DNA from: Planctomycetaceae bacterium
GTDB lineage: Bacteria; Planctomycetota; Planctomycetia; Planctomycetales; Planctomycetaceae
Assembly: GCA_044229335.1 (NCBI GenBank)
Contig: JBGATC010000018.1
Span: forward strand, 530 to 64,529
Length of the DNA: 64,000 bases
Direction of reading: 5' to 3'
The translations under genes and the position numbers were made by a program. Shown here piece after piece: positions 33,831 to 43,045 of this stretch (its first letter is position 1; each line of letters begins with the position of its first letter). Below the pieces are notes generated by a model. That model was given only the letters and a program-made list of their open reading frames with translations. It did no database searches and had not been told where the DNA came from.

Positions 33831-36800
33831 CTATTTCAGCGTTTCGAGGTAACTGAGGAGGTCGGCGAGTTCCTGCGGGGTCATCTGTTGATGCAGGCCC
33901 TGCGGCATGACGGAGACGGTCGAGGGGACGCGTTCTTCGATCTCTTTGCGGGGGATCTTGATCACCTTCCCCTGGTTGTCGCCAAGGTCGAGATCGCCGC
34001 CGCCGGTCTCGGTGACAACGATGCCGGAGTAGGTCTTGCCGTCGACCGTGGCGATCGTCCACGTCAGGTACTGGGGCGAAATCTCTTTCGACGGTTCAAG
34101 GATCGATGTGAGGAGTTTCGCGCGGTCCATCGTCCGGGCGATGACGGAGAGATCGGGACCGACGTTGCCGCCGCGGCCGTTGACCGTGTGGCACTTGAAG
34201 CAGAGCGGCCCCTGATGGTGGTAGAAGACGCGGCGACCGGCGTCGGGAGAGGGCTGATGGTCGTTGGCTGAGGGCTGAGGGATGGAGTCTGTACTCTTCC
34301 CGTTGATCGCGACGTCGAGCGCATCCCGCAGCCCACTCTTCTCGCTGGCGTCTTCGCGGAGTTTTCTCAACTGATCCCCGATTTTCGTACCGGGAAGCGC
34401 GCGTCCGCGGAGGGCACGGATCGCTTCGAGTTGGAGGAGGGGACCATCAGAGGGATCGCGAAGACGCAAGCGTTGATGGACGGCGTTGAGGAGGAAGGAT
34501 TCGACGTCGGCGGGGAGGGGTTCGTCGTGCGGGGTCGCACAGAGTCCAGCGAGCGCATCGGCGCGGAGGGACACGGCGACAGATTCATCGGCCGCGAGGG
34601 CGAGCAAGACCGGGATCGCGGCGGGGCGCGGGGCCTGCTGCAGCGTGCGGACGGCCTCGGTCTTCAGGCCCACATCGTCCGACTTCGTGAAGGCCAGCAA
34701 GCGCTCGAGCGACAACTCGGGCGTCGCTGCGGGAATCGAGCGCAACGCAATCGCTCGGAGTGCCGCAGGCCGCTGGTCATCATTGACGATCTTCAACATC
34801 TGCGCCGTCGGCGGCGTCTTCTCAAACTCCGCCGGCGGGACGCCATCCAACAGCGAGAGCGTCGCGAGGCAGGCCATGAGCATCTCAGGCGTCAAATCGG
34901 GCTGGTGCAGCTCATGTTCGACCAGCCACCGATAGTCATTCAGTCGTGACTCGCCGACCCATTGAATCGCAGCCCGGCGAACCAGCGTCGAGGGATCCGT
35001 GAGGCCCAGACGGAGCGTCGTCGTCTCCAACGGTTGACGACGTTTTGCTGCCAGCAGATGGATCAACCGCACTTTCGGATGAATGCCAATTTGCTGGCGC
35101 CCAGCGACCATGCAACAATCCCGCGTGAGCGCCATGCCTAACGGAGTCTGCAGGTAATAAAGTTGTGGCCCATTCGCTGTCCCAAAATCTGCCGGGCCAC
35201 GGCCGTTTGCCACAGCGGTAATCAGTGAACTGAGAAGGAAAGGATCGGAGACCTCTTCCGTAGATTCCCTTGGCTGCGCCGGACCATGCAGGTAGGCAGA
35301 CTCGCGACTGAGCGTCTCGAAAGCTGCCATCGGCACAAGGTTGAGACCGAAATCAAATCGCGATTTTTGATCGACAGTGGCCCGCGAGAGCCCCGTGACG
35401 AACCAATTCGGTTCGGTTTCCTCGGCAGCGACTTTTTCTAACGCAGCGACGACCGGGGGCGTATCAAACGTTGTGAGAAAAGCCGTCGCAACCTCATCAA
35501 ACGCAGCGGCGATTGGGCTTCCTTGCTTATGGTCAGCCAGGAGTTGGCTCACGTCTGGTTCGTTTCGGGTCACTAATGCCCAAAGCGCCTCAACTCGTGC
35601 GCGACTCGGCTGCTGGGGATCACGAAGAACACCCGCCAACTGGTTTCTTCCTGCAGAATTCATCGCCAGAAACCGTGCGGACAATCGACGTTCTGACAAA
35701 TGCGCGGAATCCTTCAGGATCAAGCCCGCCAGTTCACCGTCATGAACGAGCTTCTGAACCGGCACTCGTCGATTCCGTCCATCCTTCGCACTCAATCGCC
35801 ACACGCGGCCTTTGCGGTGGAGCTTGTAGTCGCGGAGGACCCAGTCGCTGAAATAGAGGCTGCCGTCGGGGGCGATCGCGAGGCCGACGGGGCGGAAGTT
35901 TTCGTTGCCCTGCACGATCGGTTTCGGCTTCGAGACGAAGCTGGCCCCGTGTGGCTCCAGCACGAACTGGTCGATCCGATGATCGCCCCAACTGCCGACC
36001 AGGAGCGTCCCGAGATAGTCAGCGGGGAAGCCGTCCGATTCGTACGCGACGATCCCCGAGGGAGCTTCACCTGTTCCCGAAACCATTGGCAACGTGCCGG
36101 GAATCTCGCCGTTCCACGCGGTGAAGGGATGCGTCCCCCGGCGGCCGTTGCGGAAGCGGTAACCGTAATCGCCCCCTTCGACGACATGCAGCAACCGGCA
36201 AGGCGGGCGGCTGTCGGGATCGTTGTCGACGGTGAAGAGCCGTCCGAAAGCGTCGATGCAGCTCGCATGCGGATTCCAGAAACCAGTCGCCCATCGCTGC
36301 AGCTTGGAGCCGTCGGGCCGACAACGATAAACGTTCCCCCCTTCCCCACCACCGCTGAGCGTCACGCCATCGGAGCCGATGAGCTTGTAGTCAGCCCCGA
36401 GGTTCTCGCCGAAGCCGAAATACATCCAGCCAAGCGCATCGAACGCCAGCCCCGCGAGCCCGTTGTGGGGATAGTTGCCCGGCGTGTCGAGCTGCACGAT
36501 CCGCGTCCGCTCGTCGGCTTTCAGGTCGCCATTCGTATCACGCAGGACGACGATCTCCCCGCGCGTGGCGACGAAGACGGTGTGGGGGTGCGGGGGTCCG
36601 GGGGTACGGGGGTCAGAGGAAGCTTGTTGTAACTTGTCGTTCTCTTTCCCCCCCACTCCCGCACTCCCGTACCCCCGCACCAGCTCCAGCCACACCGGTT
36701 GCACCGCGACGCTCATTGCGAACTTGAACCCATCGGCAAAGACGGTCGGTTCGTCGGCGCGGCCGTCGCCGTTGGTGTCCTGCAGTACGAGGAGCCGATC

Positions 36801-37031
36801 GGTCGAATGACCTTGATACCCATCAGGGGGAAAGTGCGTATTGCTTTCGAGGACCCACACGCGACCGAGGGTATCGACGTCGATCCCCGTCGGCGTGACG
36901 AGTTGCGGATGCTCGGCGAAGAGTTCCAGCTTCAACCGGTCATCGAGCACGCGCGGCTGCGAGTCCTGCGCAGAGACAACAAGGCAACAACCGCACCACC
37001 ACAAGGCCGCGAATCGAAAGAGGTTTGTCAT
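33831..37031 (-). CDS. Membrane-bound-dehydrogenase-domain / HEAT-repeat / c-type heme-binding protein (Planctomycetes-Verrucomicrobia type)
   Basis: 1066 aa. It has a signal peptide, an N-terminal beta-propeller-like region (DDRLKLELFAEHPQLVTPTGIDVD), HEAT-like repeats, and a C-terminal CFKCHTVNGRGGNVGPDLS (CxxCH). Confidence 0.9.
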   Translation of the reverse strand: MTNLFRFAALWWCGCCLVVSAQDSQPRVLDDRLKLELFAEHPQLVTPTGIDVDTLGRVWVLESNTHFPPDGYQGHSTDRLLVLQDTNGDGRADEPTVFADGFKFAMSVAVQPVWLELVRGYGSAGVGGKENDKLQQASSDPRTPGPPHPHTVFVATRGEIVVLRDTNGDLKADERTRIVQLDTPGNYPHNGLAGLAFDALGWMYFGFGENLGADYKLIGSDGVTLSGGGEGGNVYRCRPDGSKLQRWATGFWNPHASCIDAFGRLFTVDNDPDSRPPCRLLHVVEGGDYGYRFRNGRRGTHPFTAWNGEIPGTLPMVSGTGEAPSGIVAYESDGFPADYLGTLLVGSWGDHRIDQFVLEPHGASFVSKPKPIVQGNENFRPVGLAIAPDGSLYFSDWVLRDYKLHRKGRVWRLSAKDGRNRRVPVQKLVHDGELAGLILKDSAHLSERRLSARFLAMNSAGRNQLAGVLRDPQQPSRARVEALWALVTRNEPDVSQLLADHKQGSPIAAAFDEVATAFLTTFDTPPVVAALEKVAAEETEPNWFVTGLSRATVDQKSRFDFGLNLVPMAAFETLSRESAYLHGPAQPRESTEEVSDPFLLSSLITAVANGRGPADFGTANGPQLYYLQTPLGMALTRDCCMVAGRQQIGIHPKVRLIHLLAAKRRQPLETTTLRLGLTDPSTLVRRAAIQWVGESRLNDYRWLVEHELHQPDLTPEMLMACLATLSLLDGVPPAEFEKTPPTAQMLKIVNDDQRPAALRAIALRSIPAATPELSLERLLAFTKSDDVGLKTEAVRTLQQAPRPAAIPVLLALAADESVAVSLRADALAGLCATPHDEPLPADVESFLLNAVHQRLRLRDPSDGPLLQLEAIRALRGRALPGTKIGDQLRKLREDASEKSGLRDALDVAINGKSTDSIPQPSANDHQPSPDAGRRVFYHHQGPLCFKCHTVNGRGGNVGPDLSVIARTMDRAKLLTSILEPSKEISPQYLTWTIATVDGKTYSGIVVTETGGGDLDLGDNQGKVIKIPRKEIEERVPSTVSVMPQGLHQQMTPQELADLLSYLETLK
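34343..34472. repeat. Inverted pair of motif copies inside the dehydrogenase/HEAT ORF
   Basis: cgctggcgtcttcgc (34343-34357, a one-base variant) and gcgaagacgcaagcg (34458-34472) bracket 100 nt. Confidence 0.8.
36582..36681. repeat. G-run/C-run imperfect inverted repeat, in frame inside the dehydrogenase/HEAT ORF
   Basis: The G arm is gtgggggtgcgggggtccgggggtacgggggtc (G5N3 x4). The loop is 33 nt. The C arm is cccccccactcccgcactcccgtacccccgcacc. The arms are about 82% complementary. Confidence 0.8.
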
Positions 37032-37182
37032 GCTGTGGCTCTGCTCTTGGCGAAGATCAAAAAGTCAGGTTGGAGATGGGGATGTGATTACCATCCAGCG
37101 ATCCGTCGTACGGCATCCCCAATTGAGAAGGCGTGTCGGCCGGGGTATGGTAGCAAGTCGGGTTCGCCAAGGGGAACAAACG

Positions 37183-37746
37183 ATGTCTACCGCCGCCGCA
37201 CCAACGATCGAGGCCCTGCTGACTGCGGAAGAGTACGCGCGGGTTGCGCCCCACGATCGTCCTTCAGAACTTGTTCGAGGGAGAATCGTCCTGATGAATC
37301 CACCCTTCTCCGCGCATGGATACTGGTGTAGTCAAGTTTCCGGCATCTTGCGTCAATTCGTGACGGAGCATCGGCTGGGCCGAGTCATCGCCAATGACGG
37401 CGGCGTGATCACGAAGCGGAATCCGGATACGGTCCGCGGCGCGGACGTCGCTTATTACAGCTTCGAACGAGTCCCCCCCGGTCCACCGCCCGAGGGGTAT
37501 TGGTCTGCCCCGGAACTCGTCGTGGAAGTCCGCTCGTCCGATGATCGCTGGCGAGCCATTCACGAAAAAGTCGGCGAGTATCTGGCTGCGGGCGTGAATT
37601 GTGTGGTCGTGCTTGATCCGCCGACGCGCTCGGTGCAGGTTTATTCTGCCGATCATCCGGTCGTCATCCTGCAGGAAGCCGATGACCTGACGTTGCCCGA
37701 TGTTCTCCCCGGTTTTTCGGTTCCGGTTCGTCAACTTTATGAGTAA
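37183..37746 (+). CDS. Uma2 (DUF820) family endonuclease
   Basis: I chose the Met at 37183, in frame with track ORF 36841-37746. The sequence reads TAEEYARVAPHDRPSELVRGRIVLMNPP ... PELVVEVRSSDD ... KVGEYLAAGVNCVVVLDP. Confidence 0.8.
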   Translation: MSTAAAPTIEALLTAEEYARVAPHDRPSELVRGRIVLMNPPFSAHGYWCSQVSGILRQFVTEHRLGRVIANDGGVITKRNPDTVRGADVAYYSFERVPPGPPPEGYWSAPELVVEVRSSDDRWRAIHEKVGEYLAAGVNCVVVLDPPTRSVQVYSADHPVVILQEADDLTLPDVLPGFSVPVRQLYE

Positions 37747-39892
37747 CCCGATGCCCTCGCATTCCCAGCTGGTTGTCCTGTTGTCTCTCCTGGCGCTGGA
37801 AGGATCCCGCGTGTTCGCTGCTGATGTGAAGCCCCCGCCGACCAAGACCGTCGACCACGTCGACGAGTACCACGGCCAGAAAGTCGCTGACCCGTACCGC
37901 TGGCTTGAGGACGACGTCCGCGTCAGTGACGAGACAAAGGCGTGGGTCGCAGCCCAGAACGAGGTGACTTTCAAGTACCTCGAAGCGATCCCCCAGCGGG
38001 ACGCGATCAAGGCCCGGCTCACGAAGCTGTGGAACTACGAGAAGTTCACGGCCCCCTCAAAACAGGGACCGCGCTACGCCTACTTCAAGAACGACGGCCT
38101 GCAGAATCAGTTCGTCCTCTACACGCAGCGCCGGTTCGACGGACCATCGGAAGTCCTGCTCGATCCGAACACGTGGTCGAAAGACGGGACGGTCGCCCTC
38201 GCGGGAACGGCCTTCAGCGAAGACGGCAAGTTCCTCGCCTATGGCATCCAGGAAGCGGGGTCCGACTGGCGCACGTGGCGCGTGATGGACGTCGAAACGA
38301 AGGCGCTGCATCCGGATGAACTGAAGTGGGTGAAGTTCAGTTCACCCGCGTGGCTCAAAGATGGCAGCGGCTTTTTCTATTCCCGATATCCCGAGCCGGA
38401 AGCGGGGGCCGCGTTCCAGAAGCTGAACCTCAACCAGAAGGTCTACCTGCACAAGCTTGGCACCGCCCAGGCTGATGATGTGCTGATCTACGAACGGCCC
38501 GATGAGCCGACGTGGGGCTTCCAGGCCAGTGTGAGTGACGACGGTCAGTCTCTGGTCATCACCGCGTGGAAAGGGACCGACGACAAATACCGCGTCTTCT
38601 ACAAGTCGATCAGCGATCTCGCCGCCCCGGCCACGCACCTCGTCGGCGAGATGGATCACGAGTATTCGTTCCTGGGCAACGACGGAACAACGTTCTACTT
38701 CCGGACCGATGAGAACGCCCCGAAACGTCGCGTGATCACGATCGACATCACCCAGCCGCAACGGGCCAACTGGAAGGAGATCATCCCCGAGCAACCACAC
38801 GTCCTCACCGAGACGAATCTCCTGCGCGATCAGATTTTTGCGACCTACCTCAAGGACGCGGTCACGCAGGTGAAGGTCTTCACCTCGGGCGGGACGTTTG
38901 TTCGCGATGTGGCGTTCCAAGGACTCGGTTCGGCCAGTGGTTTCGGCGGTCGACGCGATGACACCGAAACCTTTTACAGTTACTCAAGCTTCAACACACC
39001 GCCGAGCATCTACCGGTACGACCCGGCGACGGGGATCAGTTCCCTGTTGCGCACCGCGGCCCTCGACATCAAGCCGGGCGACGTGGTTGTCGAGCAAGTC
39101 TTTGTCACGAGCAAGGACGGCACGAAAGTCCCGATGTTCATCGCGCGACGGAAGGACGCCCCGCTCGATGGGAACCGTCCCACCCTGCTCTACGGGTACG
39201 GCGGTTTCAACATCTCGTTGACGCCGTCCTTCAGCGTGTCACGCTGGCTGTGGATCGAGATGGGGGGCGTCTTCGCGATGCCGAATCTCCGTGGCGGTGG
39301 CGAGTACGGCGAAGACTGGCACCGCGGCGGCACCAAGCTCAACAAACAGAACGTCTTCAACGACTTCATCGCGTCAGCCGAGTGGCTGATCGCTCACAAC
39401 TACACGAAGCCCGAGAAGCTCGCGATTCAAGGCGGCAGCAATGGCGGGTTGCTCGTCGGGGCCTGTTTGACGCAGCGACCGGAGCTGTTCGGCGCGGCGC
39501 TCCCCGCGGTCGGCGTGATGGATATGCTGCGGTTTCACAAGTTCACCGCGGGCCGCTTCTGGGTCGACGATTACGGGTCAGCCGACAATCCCGACGAGTT
39601 CCGCGCGCTGCTGGCGTACTCGCCCTATCACAACCTGAAGCCGGGAACGAAGTATCCCGCGACGCTGGTGACAACCGCCGATACCGACGACCGGGTTGTT
39701 CCGGGACACAGCTTCAAATTTGCAGCCCGGTTGCAAGCGTGTCAGGCGGGTCCCGCACCCACACTGATCCGCATTGAAACCCGCGCCGGTCACGGAGCGG
39801 GTAAGCCGACAACGAAGATCATCGAAGAAGCGGCCGACCAGTGGGCGTTCCTCGTGAACGTGTTGCAGATGGACGTGCGCTTGCGCGAATAA
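37739..39892 (+). CDS. Prolyl oligopeptidase (S9A)
   Basis: It has a signal peptide and a beta-propeller. The catalytic Ser lies in IQGGSNGGLLVGA, with Asp in DTDDRVVP and His in RAGHGAGKP. The ATG at 37739 overlaps the Uma2 stop (ATGAGTAA). Confidence 0.9.
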   Translation: MSNPMPSHSQLVVLLSLLALEGSRVFAADVKPPPTKTVDHVDEYHGQKVADPYRWLEDDVRVSDETKAWVAAQNEVTFKYLEAIPQRDAIKARLTKLWNYEKFTAPSKQGPRYAYFKNDGLQNQFVLYTQRRFDGPSEVLLDPNTWSKDGTVALAGTAFSEDGKFLAYGIQEAGSDWRTWRVMDVETKALHPDELKWVKFSSPAWLKDGSGFFYSRYPEPEAGAAFQKLNLNQKVYLHKLGTAQADDVLIYERPDEPTWGFQASVSDDGQSLVITAWKGTDDKYRVFYKSISDLAAPATHLVGEMDHEYSFLGNDGTTFYFRTDENAPKRRVITIDITQPQRANWKEIIPEQPHVLTETNLLRDQIFATYLKDAVTQVKVFTSGGTFVRDVAFQGLGSASGFGGRRDDTETFYSYSSFNTPPSIYRYDPATGISSLLRTAALDIKPGDVVVEQVFVTSKDGTKVPMFIARRKDAPLDGNRPTLLYGYGGFNISLTPSFSVSRWLWIEMGGVFAMPNLRGGGEYGEDWHRGGTKLNKQNVFNDFIASAEWLIAHNYTKPEKLAIQGGSNGGLLVGACLTQRPELFGAALPAVGVMDMLRFHKFTAGRFWVDDYGSADNPDEFRALLAYSPYHNLKPGTKYPATLVTTADTDDRVVPGHSFKFAARLQACQAGPAPTLIRIETRAGHGAGKPTTKIIEEAADQWAFLVNVLQMDVRLRE

Positions 39893-39897
39893 GCCGT

Positions 39898-39988
39898 CCT
39901 AGCCCGGAGCGCAAGCTCCGGCAGTCCGGTGTGTCGCCAATCGCTTGAATCCAGGCCCAGACATCCGGAGCTTGCGCTCCGGGCTAGG
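39898..39988. repeat. Perfect 24-bp inverted repeat between convergent genes; its right arm contains the stop codon of the TPR lipoprotein
   Basis: cctagcccggagcgcaagctccgg (39898-39921) pairs with ccggagcttgcgctccgggctagg (39965-39988). The loop is 43 nt. Confidence 0.9.
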
Positions 39989-41429
39989 GAGATGCCACGT
40001 CGATAAACTTCGCGGGGTTCGTCCGGAACTCGGCGAGGTGTTCCGCGCTGGTGAACAGGAACAAGCGGCCATGATGCCAGACGGCGTGGTCGAGCGATCC
40101 CTGCAATTGCATCTCACCGCGACGGACCGCCACCACATCCAGTCCATTTGCGACTGGCGTGTACCGCAGCGGGTCCTCCCGGAACTTCCGCAGGGCGTCC
40201 GCTGACGCGAGTTCATAAAACTGCCCGCGGTGCTCGATGGCGAACTCGGGCCGTCCATCGACGAGCTCACCTCGATCCCGCAGCGTGACTGGACAATACT
40301 GCCGGAACCCGCGATCAGGCACCCGCGCAGCGAGGTCGCTTCGTTGTTCACGCGACCATTGCGGATGCTGCCATTCCGGGGTGGGACTGGAGGCGACCGG
40401 AGGGCGTTCCTCAGCCTGATCATCGTCTTGTGAGAAGGCTCCCTCGATCTCCGGATCATACGGCCGGGCGACGGGTAATCCCCATGCGTTGGCCAGCGTC
40501 CCGGCTTCTTCCGCCACTTCCGCAGCCGAATCGACGAATGCCCCCTGCGGCCACTGATGATCGACCGGCTCAATCACCGGCGATTCCGGTGGCAACCGAA
40601 GCGACTCTTCGATCGCCAAAGCCGCCACTTCTGCTTCCGATGCAGGAAGTGTAGCTGCCGTCGGGAGTCCAGCCGTGCGTGTCTTCTCACGCAGGGCGAG
40701 GACCTGAGCGGTCAGTTCCGGCGGTACTTCCACTCCCGGATCGACCGAATGGGCTTCACGATAGCAGGCCAGTGCGAGCTGCCATTCCTGGCGCTGCTGA
40801 TGAATATACGCGAGGCTTTGCAGGGCTTCGGCCGCGGGTTGTGAACGATGGAAGCAGGTCAGCGCGTCATCCACACGCCCCTGCATCCCATAAACCAGGC
40901 CGAGATTGCTCAGCGCGCGAGGATCCTGGGGCTTCAAGGCAACCGCTTGCTCCAGCAAGGGCGCAGCGCTGTCATAGTCCTGTTGCAAATACTGAAAGTA
41001 CCCGGCATCGGTCAGCAACCCAGCGTTCTGGGGATCGAGATCGAGTGCCCGTTGATAGAAGCTGGACGCCGCAGCGGAATCGTCACGCAGGGTCGCAATC
41101 ACCGCCAGGCGATGCAGGGCCTCGCTGTTGGCTGGTTCCACCCGTAATACGCGGCCGTAAAAGACCTGAGCTTCCGCCAGTTGCCCTTCTGCTTCCAGGG
41201 CGTACCCCGGTTCCAGTGAAAGCCCACCCAACTGATCCTGCTGGGCAACCGATGCAGATTCCGCAGCAGACGACGGCTCCTCAATCTGTGCCTGCTGTTC
41301 ATCGTCCTTCGAGGCAGTTTCGTTCACGGCTGGCGGCGGCTCACGCCGCGCGAGGCGCGACGGAGTCATGCAGCCGGTGGCCATACCGACCAGCACCAAC
41401 CAGCAGCCGAGTTTCGGCCGGATCACCAT
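39984..41429 (-). CDS. TPR-repeat lipoprotein with a duplicated ~50-aa C-terminal module
   Basis: The lipobox is LVLVGMATGC. TPR helices include LAEAQVFYGRVLRVEP and SAAASSFYQRALDLDP. The C-terminus is two related modules of about 50 aa. Confidence 0.8.
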   Translation of the reverse strand: MVIRPKLGCWLVLVGMATGCMTPSRLARREPPPAVNETASKDDEQQAQIEEPSSAAESASVAQQDQLGGLSLEPGYALEAEGQLAEAQVFYGRVLRVEPANSEALHRLAVIATLRDDSAAASSFYQRALDLDPQNAGLLTDAGYFQYLQQDYDSAAPLLEQAVALKPQDPRALSNLGLVYGMQGRVDDALTCFHRSQPAAEALQSLAYIHQQRQEWQLALACYREAHSVDPGVEVPPELTAQVLALREKTRTAGLPTAATLPASEAEVAALAIEESLRLPPESPVIEPVDHQWPQGAFVDSAAEVAEEAGTLANAWGLPVARPYDPEIEGAFSQDDDQAEERPPVASSPTPEWQHPQWSREQRSDLAARVPDRGFRQYCPVTLRDRGELVDGRPEFAIEHRGQFYELASADALRKFREDPLRYTPVANGLDVVAVRRGEMQLQGSLDHAVWHHGRLFLFTSAEHLAEFRTNPAKFIDVASP

Positions 41430-41574
41430 GATCGTCCCCCCCGAAAAAAGCGCGTACGAGGGGTCTATCGACGATTCCGAGTGAATCGCTTGAAGGCGAC
41501 CTTCACGGTTGTGCGCTTTTGCGCACTACGGCAATTCCTGCCGAGAGGGAGCGATGCCGAAGGGCTCGATGGCT

Positions 41575-42804
41575 TCAGACCAGTTGCTGGACCCGACGCA
41601 CCGCTTCCTCGATGTTCGCACGACTGTTGAACGCGCTGAGTCGGAAGTACCCTTCGCCCGCGGCACCGAACCCGCTGCCGGGAGTCCCGACGAGATGCGC
41701 TTTGGACAGCAACTCGTCAAAGAAGGCCCAGCTCGACAGGTTCCGCGGTGTCTTCAACCAGACGTACGGCGCATTCACCCCGCCGTAAACACTCAGTCCG
41801 GCTTCGCGCAGTCCAGCACAGAGGACGCGTGCGTTTTCGAGGTAGAAGTCGATCAGCGCCCGCACCTGCGGCTTGCCCGCTTCGGAGTAAACCGCTTCCG
41901 CACCGCGCTGAATCACATAGCTCACGCCGTTGAATTTCGTCGTATGCCGCCGATTCCACAACGCGTGCAGGTCAACCTTCTCCCCGCTCGCCGTCTTCGC
42001 GGCCAATCCCTTGGGAACCACGGTGAACGCACACCGCGTGCCGGTGAAGCCCGCGGTCTTGCTGAAGCTGCGGAACTCGATCGCACACTCACGGGCCCCG
42101 TCGATCTCATAGATCGAATGCGGAATCCCCGGCTCGGTAATGAACGCCTCGTACGCTGCGTCGAAGAAGATGATCGCCTCTTCCTTGCGGGCATAATCGA
42201 CCCACTGCTGCAACGTCTCCTTCGTCGCCACCGTCCCCGTCGGGTTGTTGGGATAGCAGAGGTAGATCAGATCGACATGCCCGGTCGGCAGTGCCGGGGT
42301 GAAGTTGTTTTCAGCGGTCACCGGGATGTAGACCAGCCCGGCATAACGGCCGCCATCGTCCGCAGCGCCGGTGCGGCCGGCCATCACGTTCGTATCGACA
42401 TAGACCGGGTAGACCGGATCGGTGACCGCGACGACGTTGTTCAATCCGAAGATGTCGAGGATGTTCCCGGTGTCGCACTTCGAGCCATCGGAGACGAAGA
42501 TTTCGTCGGCCGAGACTTTCGCGCCGCGGCTGTGGAAATCGTGCTGGGCGATCGCGTTGCGGAGGAAGTCGTACCCCTGCTCGGGTCCGTACCCGCGGAA
42601 CGATTCGCGGCGGCCCATTTCGTCGATCGCAGCGTGCATTGCTGCGGTGACAGCCGCCGGCAGCGGCTCGGTCACATCGCCGATCCCCAGGCGAATAATC
42701 TTCGCGGTCGGGTTCTCGGCAGCGAACTTCGCCACACGCCGCCCGATCTCGGGGAACAGGTAACCAGCCTTGAGCTTCAGGTAATTGTCGTTAACGAGCG
42801 CCAT
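41575..42804 (-). CDS. dapL: LL-diaminopimelate aminotransferase
   Basis: [24 protein letters not shown] ..., with the PLP lysine region [14 protein letters not shown]. Confidence 0.9.
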   Translation of the reverse strand: MALVNDNYLKLKAGYLFPEIGRRVAKFAAENPTAKIIRLGIGDVTEPLPAAVTAAMHAAIDEMGRRESFRGYGPEQGYDFLRNAIAQHDFHSRGAKVSADEIFVSDGSKCDTGNILDIFGLNNVVAVTDPVYPVYVDTNVMAGRTGAADDGGRYAGLVYIPVTAENNFTPALPTGHVDLIYLCYPNNPTGTVATKETLQQWVDYARKEEAIIFFDAAYEAFITEPGIPHSIYEIDGARECAIEFRSFSKTAGFTGTRCAFTVVPKGLAAKTASGEKVDLHALWNRRHTTKFNGVSYVIQRGAEAVYSEAGKPQVRALIDFYLENARVLCAGLREAGLSVYGGVNAPYVWLKTPRNLSSWAFFDELLSKAHLVGTPGSGFGAAGEGYFRLSAFNSRANIEEAVRRVQQLV

Positions 42805-42805
42805 G

Positions 42806-42835
42806 GGGGAGGTCTAGTACCAAGTGTCTAGTGTC
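42806..42835. repeat. CTAG-rich repeat abutting the dapL start; homolog of 4891-4920
   Basis: ggggaggtctagtaccaagtgtctagtgtc versus ggggag-tctagcgccaagggtctagtgtc. Confidence 0.75.
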
Positions 42836-42860
42836 GAATCAAAGTGCCGGGGACCAACCC

Positions 42861-43006
42861 CGCTTGCGTCTTCGCGGTCCGCGCTTTCCGTTCCGGCGCG
42901 GGAACCCTAGAATCTCCGGGAGTGTCCCTCCGGCGTCAAGCGTGGCGACACCCGATTCATGGTCCCTGTTGAATGGAATGCACCGCTGAGCGCGAAGACG
43001 CAAGCG
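42861..43006. repeat. 146-nt element bounded by inverted motif copies (MITE/REP-like) in the dapL/metG divergent spacer
   Basis: cgcttgcgtcttcgc (42861-42875) and gcgaagacgcaagcg (42992-43006). The extended termini ccccgcttgcgtcttcgcg and cgcgaagacgcaagcgag are also inverted. Confidence 0.75.
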
Positions 43007-43045
43007 AGTCGCGGCTAACCGATCTTCTCGATTGAACCCCACTGT

